A stretch of DNA of 64,000 nucleotides from Chiloscyllium plagiosum (GCF_004010195.1 NC_057718.1:60072137-60136136), one strand, 5' to 3'; counted from the stretch's first letter, positions 11,331 through 24,239 are shown. Numbers and translations are program-made. The notes: a model not told the origin generated them from the letters alone.

Positions 11331-14183
11331 AAAAATGTTCATTCTTATTTTATTTTTAACAGACCAGAGGATTCTCATAGTAGTTTTGAGCAATCAAAAC
11401 ATTTGTATGTGCTTAACAATTTAGGGACAGTGTGATTTTAGAGATTTTGGCATTAAGGCTTTATAACCAAAATATTTACAAAACTGAAGAATAACTTCAA
11501 TAATATAGCTCAGCACAAGAGCCTCCTTAAGCTGCTAGAATGCCCCATTTTATGTGCAGTTAAAATGAAATGTATATTGCCATATCAATCCATATCAAAT
11601 GCAAAGACCACTTGGAATCACAAGCACAAACTTCTCCTCTACACTGGTAGAGATTGTTATTACCTTCGAGGATATATCCCAGTTGCTGTCTCCCCCAGTC
11701 CAAAATAAAAGTTTAGGTACTGATTATACTTTCACATATACTTATATGAACAATGGGCTGTGAGGAAGCAATGACTCATTCCTGGATGTGAACAGTCCTT
11801 TGCTGCATATGCAATTCACTTGTCATAAACATCATGAGTGTATTTTTTTATGCATTGCAACTCAAAAAGAACACATCTTACAGCAGTTTCAGGCAAGTGG
11901 AATGTAGAAAATAGTGTGCATACAGGGCAATTGAAATTTAGTTCACACCCCAGTGGATGATTAGAAGTATTTCTTTCTTTCTTTACATCTTATTTCGATT
12001 CATGCACATTCTTTGACAAAGAGAGTAAACAGATGACCTGCTCCTGGATCTCAGCCTATACTGCTGCATAACCTTCTGCTAAAGAATGTGTATGAACATC
12101 CTAGGGGATTCAACTAGATGCCCAATGTGATTAGGGACTTAAAATGTGACAGAGATGGGGTGGACCCAGGATGTGTCATATTAATATCCTAACTTGCTGT
12201 GCCAACAGAATATCAATAAGGCAAAGGATGTTTGAAGGATGAGTTACAAAATCAGTCTTCCATTTTCAGTTCAGTAAGAGTACCTATACACATTGACATT
12301 TTGTTTCTTAGTTCTTTTCAGTTTCATTACTTTTCGTTTTAAATGCGGTTGCTAAATGTTGAATTTATTATCCAACATTAAGATAATAATAACAAGTTTT
12401 CTCTGAAATTCTGCATATTATTTCACTGATTCATGATTGTTCTGTTTTATTTTCTGACAGAGTATGTCTGGTGTACACAACACTGTCTCACTGTGAAAAA
12501 ACTAGTATGTAAATGCAAAAAATATGTAAGTGTTTGCATGACAGATTTTGAAGGAATATTGGTTGGGTTCGTGAAAAACTCCTGTCATATGCAGATGGAA
12601 TGCAACATTGTAGGACAATTTATAATTTGAACTATTATAGTACGTTTGTAGGAACAATTCTTGGATTTCCAGTTGCATTGCTAAAACACTGGGAAAGCCA
12701 TTGTTCATTCTTAATTTAAGTAAATTAGTGTTCTCTGAGATATTTTGTGGCATTATGCAAAAGCAATCTCTATTGTGTGGATAGTTAAAGGAAAAATAGA
12801 GATGTGAAGTGGAATAAAAAGGTGCCTACTGTCTCAAGGGATAGCTGAATGACTTCCACTTATATTAATGAGGCCTTGATCTGCATTGTTAGTTTTGCAA
12901 ATAACTCTCTTTCCACTTCATATACATGCCATTATAGTGATAGGATCTTTGAAAAGTTGCAATAGAAACTGTAATTGATATAGTTGTTCTGGAAAGAATT
13001 GGTTGACCAACCTGATGGTCTTTTTTATTAATCCCTGACACACAACTTTTCACATATTTTCAAATTTCCCCCTGAAAGTAATGGTCTTTTTCAATTCATT
13101 GGAGTCCAGTTACTTAGATAATAGAGCAATGCAAATGAGCAACTGAATTTGTAAAATTATGTAGTGCAGGTAACTAAGAATGTGGCAAAACAGTGTTGTA
13201 TGTAAAGTGATTATCAGTATAGGTGTAATGTAAGGATAAATGGTTATGTTGAATATGTACTTTATGCTTTGAAGGGCAGTTTTGGATTATGCCAAAATGT
13301 TGCATCAATGCCTTCTATATAAATAGAAAATATATTTAAGGTATTTCCTGATGTCATTCCACACATTTCAATGCCATCACAAATGCTGTGTTAAATGTCA
13401 TTGTGATAACCATGCTCCTTCAAGGATGAAATGAGTAAATTGAGTTAACAATATTTTCTGAAGAAGAAATGCAATGCAAATAAAAAGTTCATGAACAAAT
13501 AAAGACAAAAATCTGTAATGTATCACAAAGACATATTACACCTGATTAGGAATAATTCTGCTCAATAACCAATTCAGACTTACATTGAAATCGAACAATC
13601 TTCTGTAAGATTATACCCATTTAACAACACTCCCATATTAACATAATTTAGATCAAAGAGGATATAATTTTAAAACAGAAGGCTTAGTAAGACTCTTTAA
13701 GTCACTTATCAAAATTGTGCAAATAATTTATATGCTGTCAAAATAATAGAAGTAGTTTCCTCAACCTTAACCTTTGCATTTGAACAGCTATCTCATAAAG
13801 TTTTACATTATTACTGGTAATTTGTGTATTTTCCAAAAGATCAAGCACCACCAAACATTAAAAACTGCAAAAGCTTTCATTGCACTATGGAGCATAATTT
13901 TGGAATAGCCTTCATGAAACAATGGGAGAAATTGGTTATTTACATAGTATTATATATTATTGGAAAAATTGTTATATAACATTTCACTGTTGCAAATAAT
14001 AATTTCTTTGGTACTAACTGTAATAATCATCAATTTGTTTCATTTCATGTAACCTCAGATATTTGAGAGGTTTTGTACTGGTGCTAAAAAAAACCCCGCA
14101 GTTCTCATTATTTATGTTATTACGGTTCAGAAAAGACCTGCAAAGGATTGAAGTAACAACTTACTTCCATTAGCAGGCAACAA

Positions 14184-14433
14184 CAGAGTTGAGCGTCAAT
14201 TATCCAAACTAATTGGGACCAGAGGGTGTTCAGATAGTCAATTTGTTTGAATAGTCAAACACCAATTGGGAAAATATACACACAGCTTTTCCTATGGCTG
14301 TATAATGGTTTGTGCATGTACCTGTGCTGCACTGCAAATTTCAGGGGGTTCTGGGGAATAAACTACCTTAGGGTATGCAGGTAATCAGACAGGCTGGATA
14401 ATCAATGCTCAGATAATTGATGTTCAAACTCGA
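14184..14433. mobile_element. Tigger/pogo-like MITE remnant
   Basis: Left gagttgagcgtcaattatccaa versus reverse complement of right end gagtttgaacatcaattatctga; internal ggataatc/agataatt subterminal motifs. Confidence 0.55.
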
Positions 14434-15069
14434 TACATATGTCATGAAAATAATTAAGATGCTGTGAAAGACTCTATTACCGGATTTGGGGCTGCTGCAT
14501 TCAATCTTGCTGCCTAAGGGTTACATACTATACAGTATATGTTTTACTTTCATACGCTGCTTGCAGTCTGTCTTATTGTTCCATTATGTATATTCTTAAC
14601 TGAAGTTATGCCAAACAATCAATAATGGACACACTTTTTTTTCCCTTTTGGTGTGTTCATTATTTTCTGCACTCATCTCAACAGAAAATACTTAACTATT
14701 AAGAGACCACTTGAACCTACCATTGAAGGAGAGCATGCACCAGATCAAAATATTAAGAAGAAATGTATGACAATGAAACTTAATGTTACCTACCATCCAT
14801 CCAGACAATAATTCTGGTTATTGCAAAAGAAAATGAAGCTGACTGAACCCAAAAGCAATGACTGCATCAATCAATAGTTTGAAATATAAAATGTGTGAGC
14901 AATGGAGAGAATGAGTTATCAAGGAGGCAGCAAGTCAACACGTAACTATAGAAAGTGATCTTCAATAGTGATAGGTCTTCAATATTCTTTTTAAGCTCAA
15001 GATAATTTTTCTTTCTTTTTGGCAATAAAACAGAAGAGACTAAGATTCACTAGGAGCCACAACAGTTGA

Positions 15070-15280
15070 CAAAGTAGTTGGCAGGTATTGCAAATGTCAC
15101 CTGCTCTAGCCTGCAATGGGCCAGATGCATAGATGTTCATTGCCATGATCACCTTTATGACCATTATTAATGTGGCTCTTGGCTTACTCTGAGGTAGCAA
15201 TTGTATCAGCAGGTGACAAAGTTCAATGAGTATCTCCATATTGAAGTATAGATGATACACATATTGGTCTGGACTTCACA
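15070..15280 (-). pseudogene. PIF/Harbinger transposase N-terminal fragment
   Basis: ELCHLL...LPQSKPRATL...KVIMAMNIYASGPLQARAGDICNTCQ matches the Harbinger/HARBI1-type HTH pattern (KVT.ALNFYASGSFQ...GD). Confidence 0.75.
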
Positions 15281-15812
15281 CTTGGATCAGGGTCAGGGAG
15301 CTCAATCCCTCTATAACTAGTCCACCCGGCCCCCTACCTCCCCCCCACACCTGCCCACACCTTCAACAAGGGTAGATGTTAGATCAAGCATGAGCGACCC
15401 TCCAGATAGTTGTCCTATTGGCAGTAAAATTGCAATTAAAAAATACTATGACTGGGTAGGCACCATAGTCACTGCCCAATTTTACCAACCCAATACTACC
15501 AATGCCAGAAGCTGCAATAAAACCGTGGCCAATGTTATTCACGTGGAATAGCCTGCTTGTAAACTTTAAGCTGACAGTAACCCTGCCTCTCCCTTCTCCA
15601 GCAGCCTAAACTGTTCTTCACAATCGCTGAAACTCTGTTCATTCTCTCAGCCATTCTGTGTTCCAAAGAAATTGTGTGTGTGCCTTAAGCCTTGTTGTCA
15701 GCAAAAAATCCTTCAGAGATCTTCACAACTTCACTTGTGGACTTTTGAAACTTAACACAACAATGGAAAGCATCATTTGTAAAATCTGAAATCAACTAGA
15801 AACTGAGCTGAA

Positions 15813-16095
15813 AACATAGAGCATCGAATAGAATAGTACAGCACAGCACAGGAATGGGTCCTTTGGCCCATGAAGTTGTGCTGAACATAATGCTGGATTT
15901 AACAAATCCCTGCTGCCTGTCCTTGGTCTATATCCCTTCAATCCTTGCATCTTCATGAGTTTATCTAAAAGTCTCTTAAATGCCCCTATCAGATCTGCCT
16001 CCATCACCACCCCTGGCAATGCATTCCAGACTCCTACCACTCTGTGTAAAAATCATGCTCCTCACATTTCATTTCAACTTTCCCCCTCTCATGTC
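15813..16095 (-). mobile_element. CR1 LINE 3' end
   Basis: VVGVWNALPGVVMEADLIGAFKRLLD and a short-repeat tail (ttctattc). Confidence 0.85.
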
Positions 16096-16984
16096 CCCTG
16101 GTCTTAGAAGCCTCCTAGGAAATCGTTAATGATCATACTGTGCATAGGACAAAAGGTTTCTCTCTATGGCTGAATCTGTGTCCTAAAAGAAAGGATTAGT
16201 TAAAAAGCTGAGCTGTGAAATAGTCTTGCTAACATTAAACACTGCCGCATGCCAATGATATCATGATCTGACTACTTTGTTTACATCCAAAGACCATTCA
16301 CTGTGTGCAAGTTACCACTCTCAACAATTTAGCATCCATCTCAATTTGACTAAAATTGCACATGTGCTATTTTTGCAATTTTAAGGGTAATTCTGTGTCG
16401 AACAATAGGAGTGCCAAATTCAATTTCTCACCCAGTTGGTCAAATTTACTAGCATCCCTTGTGAAGAGTTTGATGGCAGAGGGCATTAAGTTGGGCAATA
16501 GGATAGGGATCTAATCCATCCTTCATTGGTACTCAGTGTCTGAGAGATGCCATGCAGGAAGTCTGAGAATTGGAAGCTTTCAGAGATCCACCAGTCAGGG
16601 ACATTCTCCACCTGATTGAAGTTCTTAATACAACATCAAGAAGGGGGTAGATAAGCTGACAGCCATCATCCTGCCGACCATCTTCCTGCCCCTGTGATCA
16701 CCCACAAATAATTCCTCTCTTATCATAATACAGCTATGGCACCTTGGTGATCCTGGATCTTGGGCAGCTATGTAATCAGCAGCAACAACTAACTTCCCAT
16801 AGCACTGCCAAGCGATGAAGAGTTGATGGGACTTCAGGCTCCTGGATCCAGGTGGAAGCGTGCCATTGTACAGTTGAGAAGTCGGTTGGCTCTTAATACC
16901 GCAGGCTTTCCCAAAGAGATGTGATATTGGGCTGTTGCCAGCTGGCAGAACTCTCATCACCTACATTATTCCAGTACGTTGAGA

Positions 16985-17368
16985 CAAACATAGTGCTAAT
17001 GCTAATGGACTAGTAATCCAGAAGCCTTGGCCATTGTCCCAGAGACACAAATTCAATATCTTTCAGCCAGCTTTGGGGAGGTTAAATTCAAGTAATTAAT
17101 ATTCATTTGGAATAAAATGCTAGTGACTTTAATAATAATTATTAGAATACCAGATTATCATGAAAATCTAATTTGCTTGTTGCTGCTGTTTCGGGAATGG
17201 AAGCTGTCATCCTGTTCTAGTTGACATGTGACACCAGACACTTCACAATGTGGTTAACTCTTACTTTCCTCTGAAATGACCTTCTCAAATTATTTAGTTC
17301 AAGCACATTTCTAGAAATAGCTTAAAAAATGTATGTGATGTTCACATCCCAAGAACAAATTAATAAAA
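16985..17368 (+). mobile_element. Decayed SINE whose 3' tail resembles the family Z LINE tail
   Basis: Head ggactagtaatccaga, body atgtggttaactctt...cctctgaaatg, end ttcacatcccaagaacaaattaataaaa. Homologous to 53130-53320 on the minus strand. Confidence 0.55.
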
Positions 17369-18504
17369 TACTAGAAATGCTGCATCACCTGTTGGGGTAC
17401 TAAATTCAATAGGGGTTTACAGTGAAAGTGAGGCCAAATACAATGACAGGATGTTTGAAAGTACTAAGGTTTTCAGTAAACTTTTCAGATATATTGCTAT
17501 TTTACAAACAAACTGCCATTTTGTTAACTGGATGAAAGGGCTTCCAAGGGAGAGACAACTACTTTGTATGAAATGAATGTAAAGCAGGTATCTTCATATT
17601 TTAACTACCCAGTTAGCCTGATCTCAGGCTAAGTACTTCCATGTACATTGGGCTTCTTACAGAACTGGGCAAGCTGCAACCAGCAGAGAAACAAAGGGTA
17701 GAGTCCAGTCCAGACATTGGGAATCCTGTCTAAATTCCGTCAGCTGGTCAGGATGCTCAGTAAAAGGAGTTCAGGTAGGCACAACCTGAATCCCTCGAGG
17801 ACAGAAATCTGTGCAATATCCTGCAACAAGTCGGCCTGTGTCGGCATTTTGGTTAAAGGAGACGTTGGTTCATGGAGTTGGGAAGTAAAATGTCATACTG
17901 GCACAACATGCAGTGCTCTTCAAAGCATGAGAGAATATGTTTAGATCTCCAAAACAGTATCTTTTTTTTTCCTTTCTCTATATAATGACATAGAAAAAAA
18001 ATATGGTAAGTATAAACCATGATGTATAAAGCTGTAATAGTATCTAAGGTAGAACAGACAACAGATAACTTAGTGACCTAAGCATGGGAAATAAACACAC
18101 ACTGTTTTGTCAGGACTACCCAGCTAATATGGTGAGAAGGATCTGCACTCATATTTCAGAAAAGAAATGTGTTGACTGCCATGTTGAATAAAGTAGCTCC
18201 TCTGGTCACTAATGTACATCAGAGTCATTGAAAAGTCAAAATAGTTTCTCACACACTACAGTCTGCACATGTAACCATGCTTTCCCATTTAATTTTTAAA
18301 TGTGTCAGTGCTAACACCATACTCAGATAACAGTATACACTGTGACATGCATGCTCTTCCTTAACCCATATTAAAAGATGGCAGGTCTTCGACTCAGGGA
18401 CTAATTCCTTTGAGAAATTGCAAGCCAGCAAGTAAATACACCAACAGCCAATACACTGAGAGTAAATCTCCTCAACCTACAAACCGAACCTCCCAAACCT
18501 ATAG

Positions 18505-19162
18505 GGCAAATTTCTCTGTCCTCTCAAAATAAATGCCAACATTGAATTTACCTACCTAATTATTGACTCAACCTGCAAGTTTACCTTAAGACAATCCTGG
18601 ACTAGAACTCCCAAGTCTCTTTGCACTTTAGACTTCTGAATTTTCTCCCATTTAGAAAATAACCCATGCTTCTATTCTTCTTACCCAATTGCATGACCTC
18701 ACACTTTCTCATGCTGTACTCCAACTGCCACTTCTTTGCCTACTCTCCTAACCTGTTCAAATCCTTCTGCTGTCTCCCTACCTCCTCAATGCTACCTGTC
18801 CTACTACCTACCTTTGTATTGTGTGCAAACTTAGCCAGAATGCCCTTGGTTCCTTCATCTAGATCATAAAGCAAAAATTTGTGGTTCCAACATTGAGCCT
18901 TGCGGAACACCACTGGTCACCAGCTGCCATCTTGAGAAGGACCCTTTTATCCCTACTCTCTACCAGGTTTCTATCCATGCCAGCACCTTGCCTCTAACAC
19001 GTTTATCTTACTCAGTAACCTCCTGTGTGGCTCCTTGTCAAAGGCCTTCTTGAAGTCCAGGTAGATAACATCCATCGGCTTTCCTTGGTCTAATCTGCTC
19101 ATTACCTCCTCAAAGCATTCTAGTGGATTTGTCAGGCATAACTTTCCCTTGATGAAACCATG
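18505..19162 (-). mobile_element. CR1 RT fragment with internal deletions
   Basis: HGFIKGKLCLTNPLECFEEV, DVIYLDFKKAFDK, followed by RDLGVLV and AFI-like blocks toward 18505. Confidence 0.85.
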
Positions 19163-19433
19163 AGGGGTAAAATTTAAAAGGCACCTAAGGTGCATCTTTT
19201 CCACACAGATGGTGGTGCGTGTATGGAATGAGCTGGCAGAGGAAGTGGTGGAGGCTGATACAATTATAACATTTAAAAGACATCTGGATGGGTATATGAG
19301 TAGGAAAGGTTTCGAGGGATATGGGCCAACTGCTGACAAATGGGACTAGATTAGGTTGGGATATCTAGTTGGCACGGATGAGTTGGACTGATGGGTCTGT
19401 TTCCGTGCTGTACATCTCAATGACTCTATGACT
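19163..19433 (+). mobile_element. CR1 (HER1-type) 3' end
   Basis: WNELAEEVVEADTIITFKRHLDGY and tail tgactctatgact; closely similar to 51190-51450. Confidence 0.88.
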
Positions 19434-19455
19434 GTATCTGTGTCAATACCAAAAC

Positions 19456-20290
19456 ACTCTCCTTGTCCCAAAAGAAGAAGAAATTCCAAACAGATCAATA
19501 TAGTTGTGCATAGGAATGTATTCTCAATTCAATAATTATGCAAACAGGTAAAACAGATTTTAAAAGATTAATAATTCAAACTTCAAAGTGTTATTTTGAA
19601 TGTTTGGCAACTTGTTTGGTCTTCACACATCCACCTGGAAATGTATGAATAGTTTACTGTTGCTCTTTGATGACAACTTGGTCATTTAGCTGCTGGTTGT
19701 TGCCACTCAATATCACTGCATGAACATCATCATCAGGTTTCCCTTCCTCACTCCCTTCATGAATGATTGGCATGTCATGCATTGCTCTGAGCTGGCTTCT
19801 GTTCCTTCGTAATGTAGCACAAAGATCAATAATGACTTCACAGGATCCTTTGTTGAGTCCAAGTATTTGTATTTCTGTTCCTCACCCTCACAGTTGAAGT
19901 CGTTTCTCAACTTACTCACTGCTGATCTATCATTTACTTTCTAATCTGTCTTTGAAGAAGAATGTCATGTGTCTCAGGAATATTTAGACAACTTGTTGCT
20001 GGCCAAATTAATTCAGACTTGACCTCCAAGATTAGGTTATGTTGAGGATGGTAATCCCTTCTCCATTGTTTTTGGACAAAAATGCAACAATGAAATGCTA
20101 AAAGTCTTGTTTTGTTGCTTGATGCTTGATCTTTGATTTGATAATGCTGACCATGTGGTCTGCTGGATCATTTGAGCAAGAATAGCAGGGTGAAAGCGTG
20201 ATATGGCTCACTTCCCAGTTAACACATACATTATAAAATGGTTTGGCAGTAGACTGTGGTGGATTTGTGTTGTATAATGAAACAGAATTA
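19456..20290 (-). mobile_element. Gypsy integrase and 3' region relic
   Basis: WEVSHITLSPCYSCSNDPADHMVSIIK resembles the integrase pattern WGI.HITSSP.YPQSNG.AER.V..IK. Purine tract GGGACAAGGAGAG followed by TGT at 19469-19454. Confidence 0.6.
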
Positions 20291-21779
20291 ATTAACATCT
20301 TCAGAGTAAAGGCACTCCTAAGTAACAGTGACCACAATATGATTGTAATTTACATCCAGATTGAATGAGAGAAAATTAAGTTGAAGACTTATTTATTAAA
20401 CTTAAATAAAGGGTAACCATGCAGGCATGAAATCTAAGATAGATGAAATGAACTGGCATCCGAGACTAGGAGACAGATTATTAGATGGTCAGTGGTGGAC
20501 TTTTTTATTCATTCATGGGATTTGCATGTCATTAGCTAGGTCATCCTTTATTGCTTATCCGTCGAGGCCTTGAGATGGTTATGGTATACTGTCATTTTGA
20601 AATGTTGCCATCCATTTGATTCAGTTAAACCCAAAATGTTATTAGGGAGAAAGTTGACGGATTTTAACCAAGTGACACTGAAGGAACTGCGATATGTTGC
20701 TTGGAGGAGAATGTACAGGTAATGATGTTTCCATGTATGTACTGCTCCGTCCTCCTAGATGGTAAAGATTGTAGGTTTGGAAAATGCTGCTTAAGGAGCC
20801 TTGGTAAATTTCTGCATCTTGTAGAAGGTATATACTACTGCTATCAAGGAACAGTCATGGAGAGAGTGAATGCTTGGGGAAATAATGCCAATCAAATGGG
20901 CTGTTTTATGAATGGCGTCAAATTTCATGAGTCTTGTTGGAGCAGCACTTATCCAGAAAGTCGAGAATATTCCATCAAATGCCTGAATTGTGCCTTGTAA
21001 ATGTGGAAAGACTTTCAGGATTCAGAAGGTGAATTACTCATTGAAGGATTGGTAACGTGTGACCTACACTTGTAGCCACAGTATTTATATAGTTAGTCTA
21101 GTTCAGTTTCTGGTTAATGATAATTCTCAGGATAATGATAGTGGAGGATACAGTGATGTCAATCCCATGGAATGTCAAGTGGTGCTGGTTAGATTCTCTC
21201 TTGCTGGAGATGATCATTGTCTGGCATTTTGTGTGCAGTGTGATTATTGCTTATCAATTGTCACCCTAAATCTGGATATTGTCCTGACCTTGCTCCACTT
21301 GGAAATGGACTGCATCAGTATCTGAAGAATCATGAATAGTGCTAAACATTGTGCAATCATCAGTGAACATCCCCACTTCTGACCTTCTGATGAAGGGATG
21401 GTTATTGATGAAGCAACAGAATACGATTGGGCCTCGGACACTATCCTGAGGAACTCCTACAGAGATGTTCTGGAGCGGAGATAACTGACTTTCAATGACC
21501 ATAACCATCTTCTTTGTGCCAGGTAGGACTCCTACTGGTGGAGAGTTAGCCCACACTTCCCATTGACTCCAGTTTTGCTCGGGATCCTTTATGCCACATT
21601 TGGTCAAGGCAGTCATTTCCATCAGCACTTTTGAACTGAATTAAGAGCTGAGTAGCCCTTTATGTATGGAATAGCCTTGGACAATTTTCTCCATTGTTGA
21701 GTAGATGCCATTGTTCATCTATTTTGGAACAGTTTGGCTAGGTGTCTGTCAGGTTCTGGAGCACAAGTTTTCAGTACTA

Positions 21780-22091
21780 TTGCTGAAATGTTGCTGTGGT
21801 TCTATTCGCCGAGCTGGAAGTTTTTGTTGCAAACATTTCATCCCCTGTCTAGGTGACTTGTCGTCTGCGTGTGTGGCTACTAGGGATAGCTGGTCGTGTC
21901 GTTTCATGGCTAGTTGATGTTCGTGGATGCGGATCGTTAGCTGTCTTCCTGTTTGATCCACGAACATCACTGAGGATGTCACCTAGACAGGGGACGAAAC
22001 GTTTGCAACAAAAACTTCCAGCTCGGCGAACAGAACCACAGCAACGAGCACCCGAGCTACAAATCTTCTCACAAACTTTGCTGAAATGTTG
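21780..22091. mobile_element. Small rearranged PLE insertion (family D): inverted terminal repeats plus an inverted GIY-YIG fragment, 14-bp TSD
   Basis: TTGCTGAAATGTTG at 21780-21793 and 22078-22091; minus-strand QTGRQLTIRIHEHQLAMKRHDQLSLVATH; arms 21790-21857 and 21978-22045 are reverse complements. Confidence 0.85.
21968..22006 (+). ncRNA. Putative minimal type I hammerhead ribozyme motif (PLE family D)
   Basis: CA-CTGAGGA-T-GTCaCCT agac AGGgGAC-GAA-ACGT-T-TG: intact CUGANGA and GAAA core, stem II, palindromic ACGT in place of stem III. Activity untested. Confidence 0.6.
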
Positions 22092-22835
22092 TCTAGGCCC
22101 ATAGCCTTTGCAGTGTCTAGTACCTCCAACTACTTCCTGATATTAAGTGAAGTGAACCAAATTGGCTGAAAAATGGCAACTGTGATAACAGGAACCTCTG
22201 GAGGGGCAATGTTGGATCATCCATTTGGCATTCCTGGCTGAAGATGGTGACAAATGCTTCAGCTTTATCTTTTACACTAATATGCTGGGCTCCCCCATTT
22301 TTGATGATGGGAATCATCAGGTCAGATGATTGATCCAAATATTGAGAAACACAGGGGAAAGGTAATTAAGAGAAAAAAAAATGTATAAGAGTATGAGAAG
22401 AAGCTAGTTAGGAATGTAAAAATGGATAGCAAGAGTTTAGAAGGAATTTACAAAGCAGGCTAAATTACATGAATGTTGGTCCTCTAGAGCGTGAGAATGG
22501 GCTTGTTAATCTTATAGAATAAGGAAATGGCAGTTCAAATGAATAAATATGTGTTTTTGCTTTCTCTATAGGGAATACAAAAAACATTCCAGTAATAGTT
22601 GTGGACCAAGTGGCAGAAGGGAGCGGAATTGAGTGAAATTACAATCACCTTGGAAGTGGTACGAAGCAAACTGATGGAACTGCAAGCTGATACAGTCTCC
22701 AGGTTCTGATGGACTTCATCCTACACGCTTAAAGGTTGATCCAACATTCCTCACAGCCACTTTCCTGCATTTTCCCCATAACACTTGATTCTTCTACTGA
22801 TCAAAAATCAATCTATCCGAGCTTTAAATATACAA

Positions 22836-23012
22836 AGTTAAAAATCATACAACACCCGGTTATAGCTGAACAGGTTGATCTGGAAGCACAAGCTTTCGGA
22901 GCGCTGCTCCTTCGTCAGGTAGCTAGTGTAGTAGGATCCTACTCCATGAGTTCCGTGATGAAGAAGTAGCACTCCGAAAGCTTGACCTTCCAAATAAACC
23001 TGTTGGAGTATA
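22836..23012. mobile_element. Fold-back pair of PLE family A terminal repeats with no spacer
   Basis: Arms meet in the perfect palindrome AGTAGGATCCTACT (22930-22943); same family as 8907-9246 and 41920-42227. Confidence 0.8.
22886..22923 (-). ncRNA. Putative minimal type I hammerhead ribozyme motif (PLE family A)
   Basis: Minus strand gcTAC-CTGACGA-A-GGAGC agc GCTCC-GAA-AGCT-T-GTGc: intact core, 5-bp stem II, palindromic AGCT, stem I TAC/GTG. Activity untested. Confidence 0.65.
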
Positions 23013-23771
23013 AAGGACTCTAACTCACTGTCTCCTGTATTAAGGAGTTTCAAAAACTCATGACACTCTGAGGGAAGAAATTCCTCCTCACCACAGTCTT
23101 AAACTGGCCCCCTTTTATTCTGAGACTATGCCGTCTAATCCCAGACTCTCCCATGATGGGAAACATCTTTTCAGCATTTACCCTCTCAATTCCCCTAAGA
23201 ATCCAATATGTTTCAATGAGATCACCTCTCATTCTTCTGAATTCCAATGAATACAGTCCCAACCTGTTTAACCTTTGCTTGTAAGACAATCCTTCCATAC
23301 TGAAAATCATCGTACTGGGTCTTGACTGAACTTCCTCCAATGACAAAATATATTTTCTTAAATAAGGGGAGCAAAACTGCTCATAGTGTTCCAAATGTGG
23401 TCGCACTTTGTACAGTTGCAGTATGAATTTGTTACTGTTATACTCCAATCCCCTTGAAATAAGGGCCAACATCCCATGAGCCTTCTTATTACTTGCTGCA
23501 CCTATGTGCTAGCTTTCTGTGTTTTGGCAACAGCATTGCCAACAAGTATTGCAGCTTTATGCAGTTTTTCTCCATTTAAATAATATTCTGTTCTTCTGTT
23601 GTCCCTTCCAAAATGAACAACTTGACGTTTTTCCACAATGTACTCTATTTGTCTACGTTTTGCCCACTTAACCTACTAATATCTCTCTATAAACTGTTTG
23701 TATCCCTCACACAATCTGCCTTTCCACATTTTTTTGTGTTGCCTGCAAATTTGGCTATAGCATTTTTTAAA

Positions 23772-24086
23772 ATTAGATTACCTACAGTGTGGAAACAGGC
23801 CCTTTGGCCCAACACGTCCACACTGACCCTCTGAAGAGTAACCTACCCAGACCCGTTTCCCTCTGACTAATGCACCTAGCACTATGGGGCAATTTACCAT
23901 GGCCAATTCACCTGACCTGCACATCTTTTGGACTGTGGGAGGAAACCGGAGCACCCGGATGAAACCCACACAGACACGGGGAGAATGTGTAAACTCCACA
24001 CAGGCAGTCGCCCAAGGCTGGAATCGAACCTGGGTCCCTGGTGCTGTGAGGCAGCAGTTCCAACCACTGAGCCACTGTGCCGCCCC
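23772..24086 (-). mobile_element. HE1-type V-SINE
   Basis: tRNA-like head with A box tggctcagtgg and B box ggttcgattcc, central V-domain, CR1-like tail ending taatctaa. Confidence 0.92.
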
Positions 24087-24239
24087 ACTTCCAAGTCATT
24101 AACATATGTTGCAAACAGTTTTGGTCCCAGCACTGAAATCTGTGAAATCTCACTGGTATCCGCTCATCAACCTCAAAAAATAGACCTGACATCCACTCGC
24201 TCATGGGTGAGGTCAACACCAGGGGGTACTGTTTTAAAA

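Larger units (their letters stand above)
20503..22330 (-). mobile_element. Family Z (CR1-clade) LINE, 3' end at about 20503, internally deleted
   Basis: GAQHISVKDKAEAFVTIFSQEC; VGVPQDSVRGP...VGMFTDDCTMF; 3' tail matches 8600-8725. Confidence 0.8.
20305..22735 (+). mobile_element. CR1 ORF2 endonuclease-RT linker in two pieces (20305-20500 and 22340-22735), split by a family Z LINE
   Basis: NSDHNMI and LNLNKG in the left piece; EYEKKLVRNVKMDSKS and SPGSDGLHP in the right piece, in colinear order. Confidence 0.7.
22740..24235 (-). mobile_element. CR1 3' half, interrupted by a PLE fold-back and an HE1 SINE
   Basis: LGPKLFATYVNDLE; VRPHLEHYEQFCSPYLRK; RLNRLGLYSLEFRRMRGDLIETY. Confidence 0.88.

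Noticed and set aside
14683..14764. Candidate exon KYLTIKRPLEPTIEGEHAPDQNIKKK
   Set aside because: Weak donor (GTATGA), phase incompatible with the 12461 candidate, and peptide unrecognised.
17660..17944. Higher-complexity stretch with ORFs and splice-like sites on both strands
   Set aside because: Stops in all minus-strand frames and no recognisable protein on the plus strand.
18505..19433. Twin-priming inversion of a single CR1
   Set aside because: The two halves look like different CR1 subfamilies, are separated by a several-hundred-base gap on the consensus, and have no convincing TSD.
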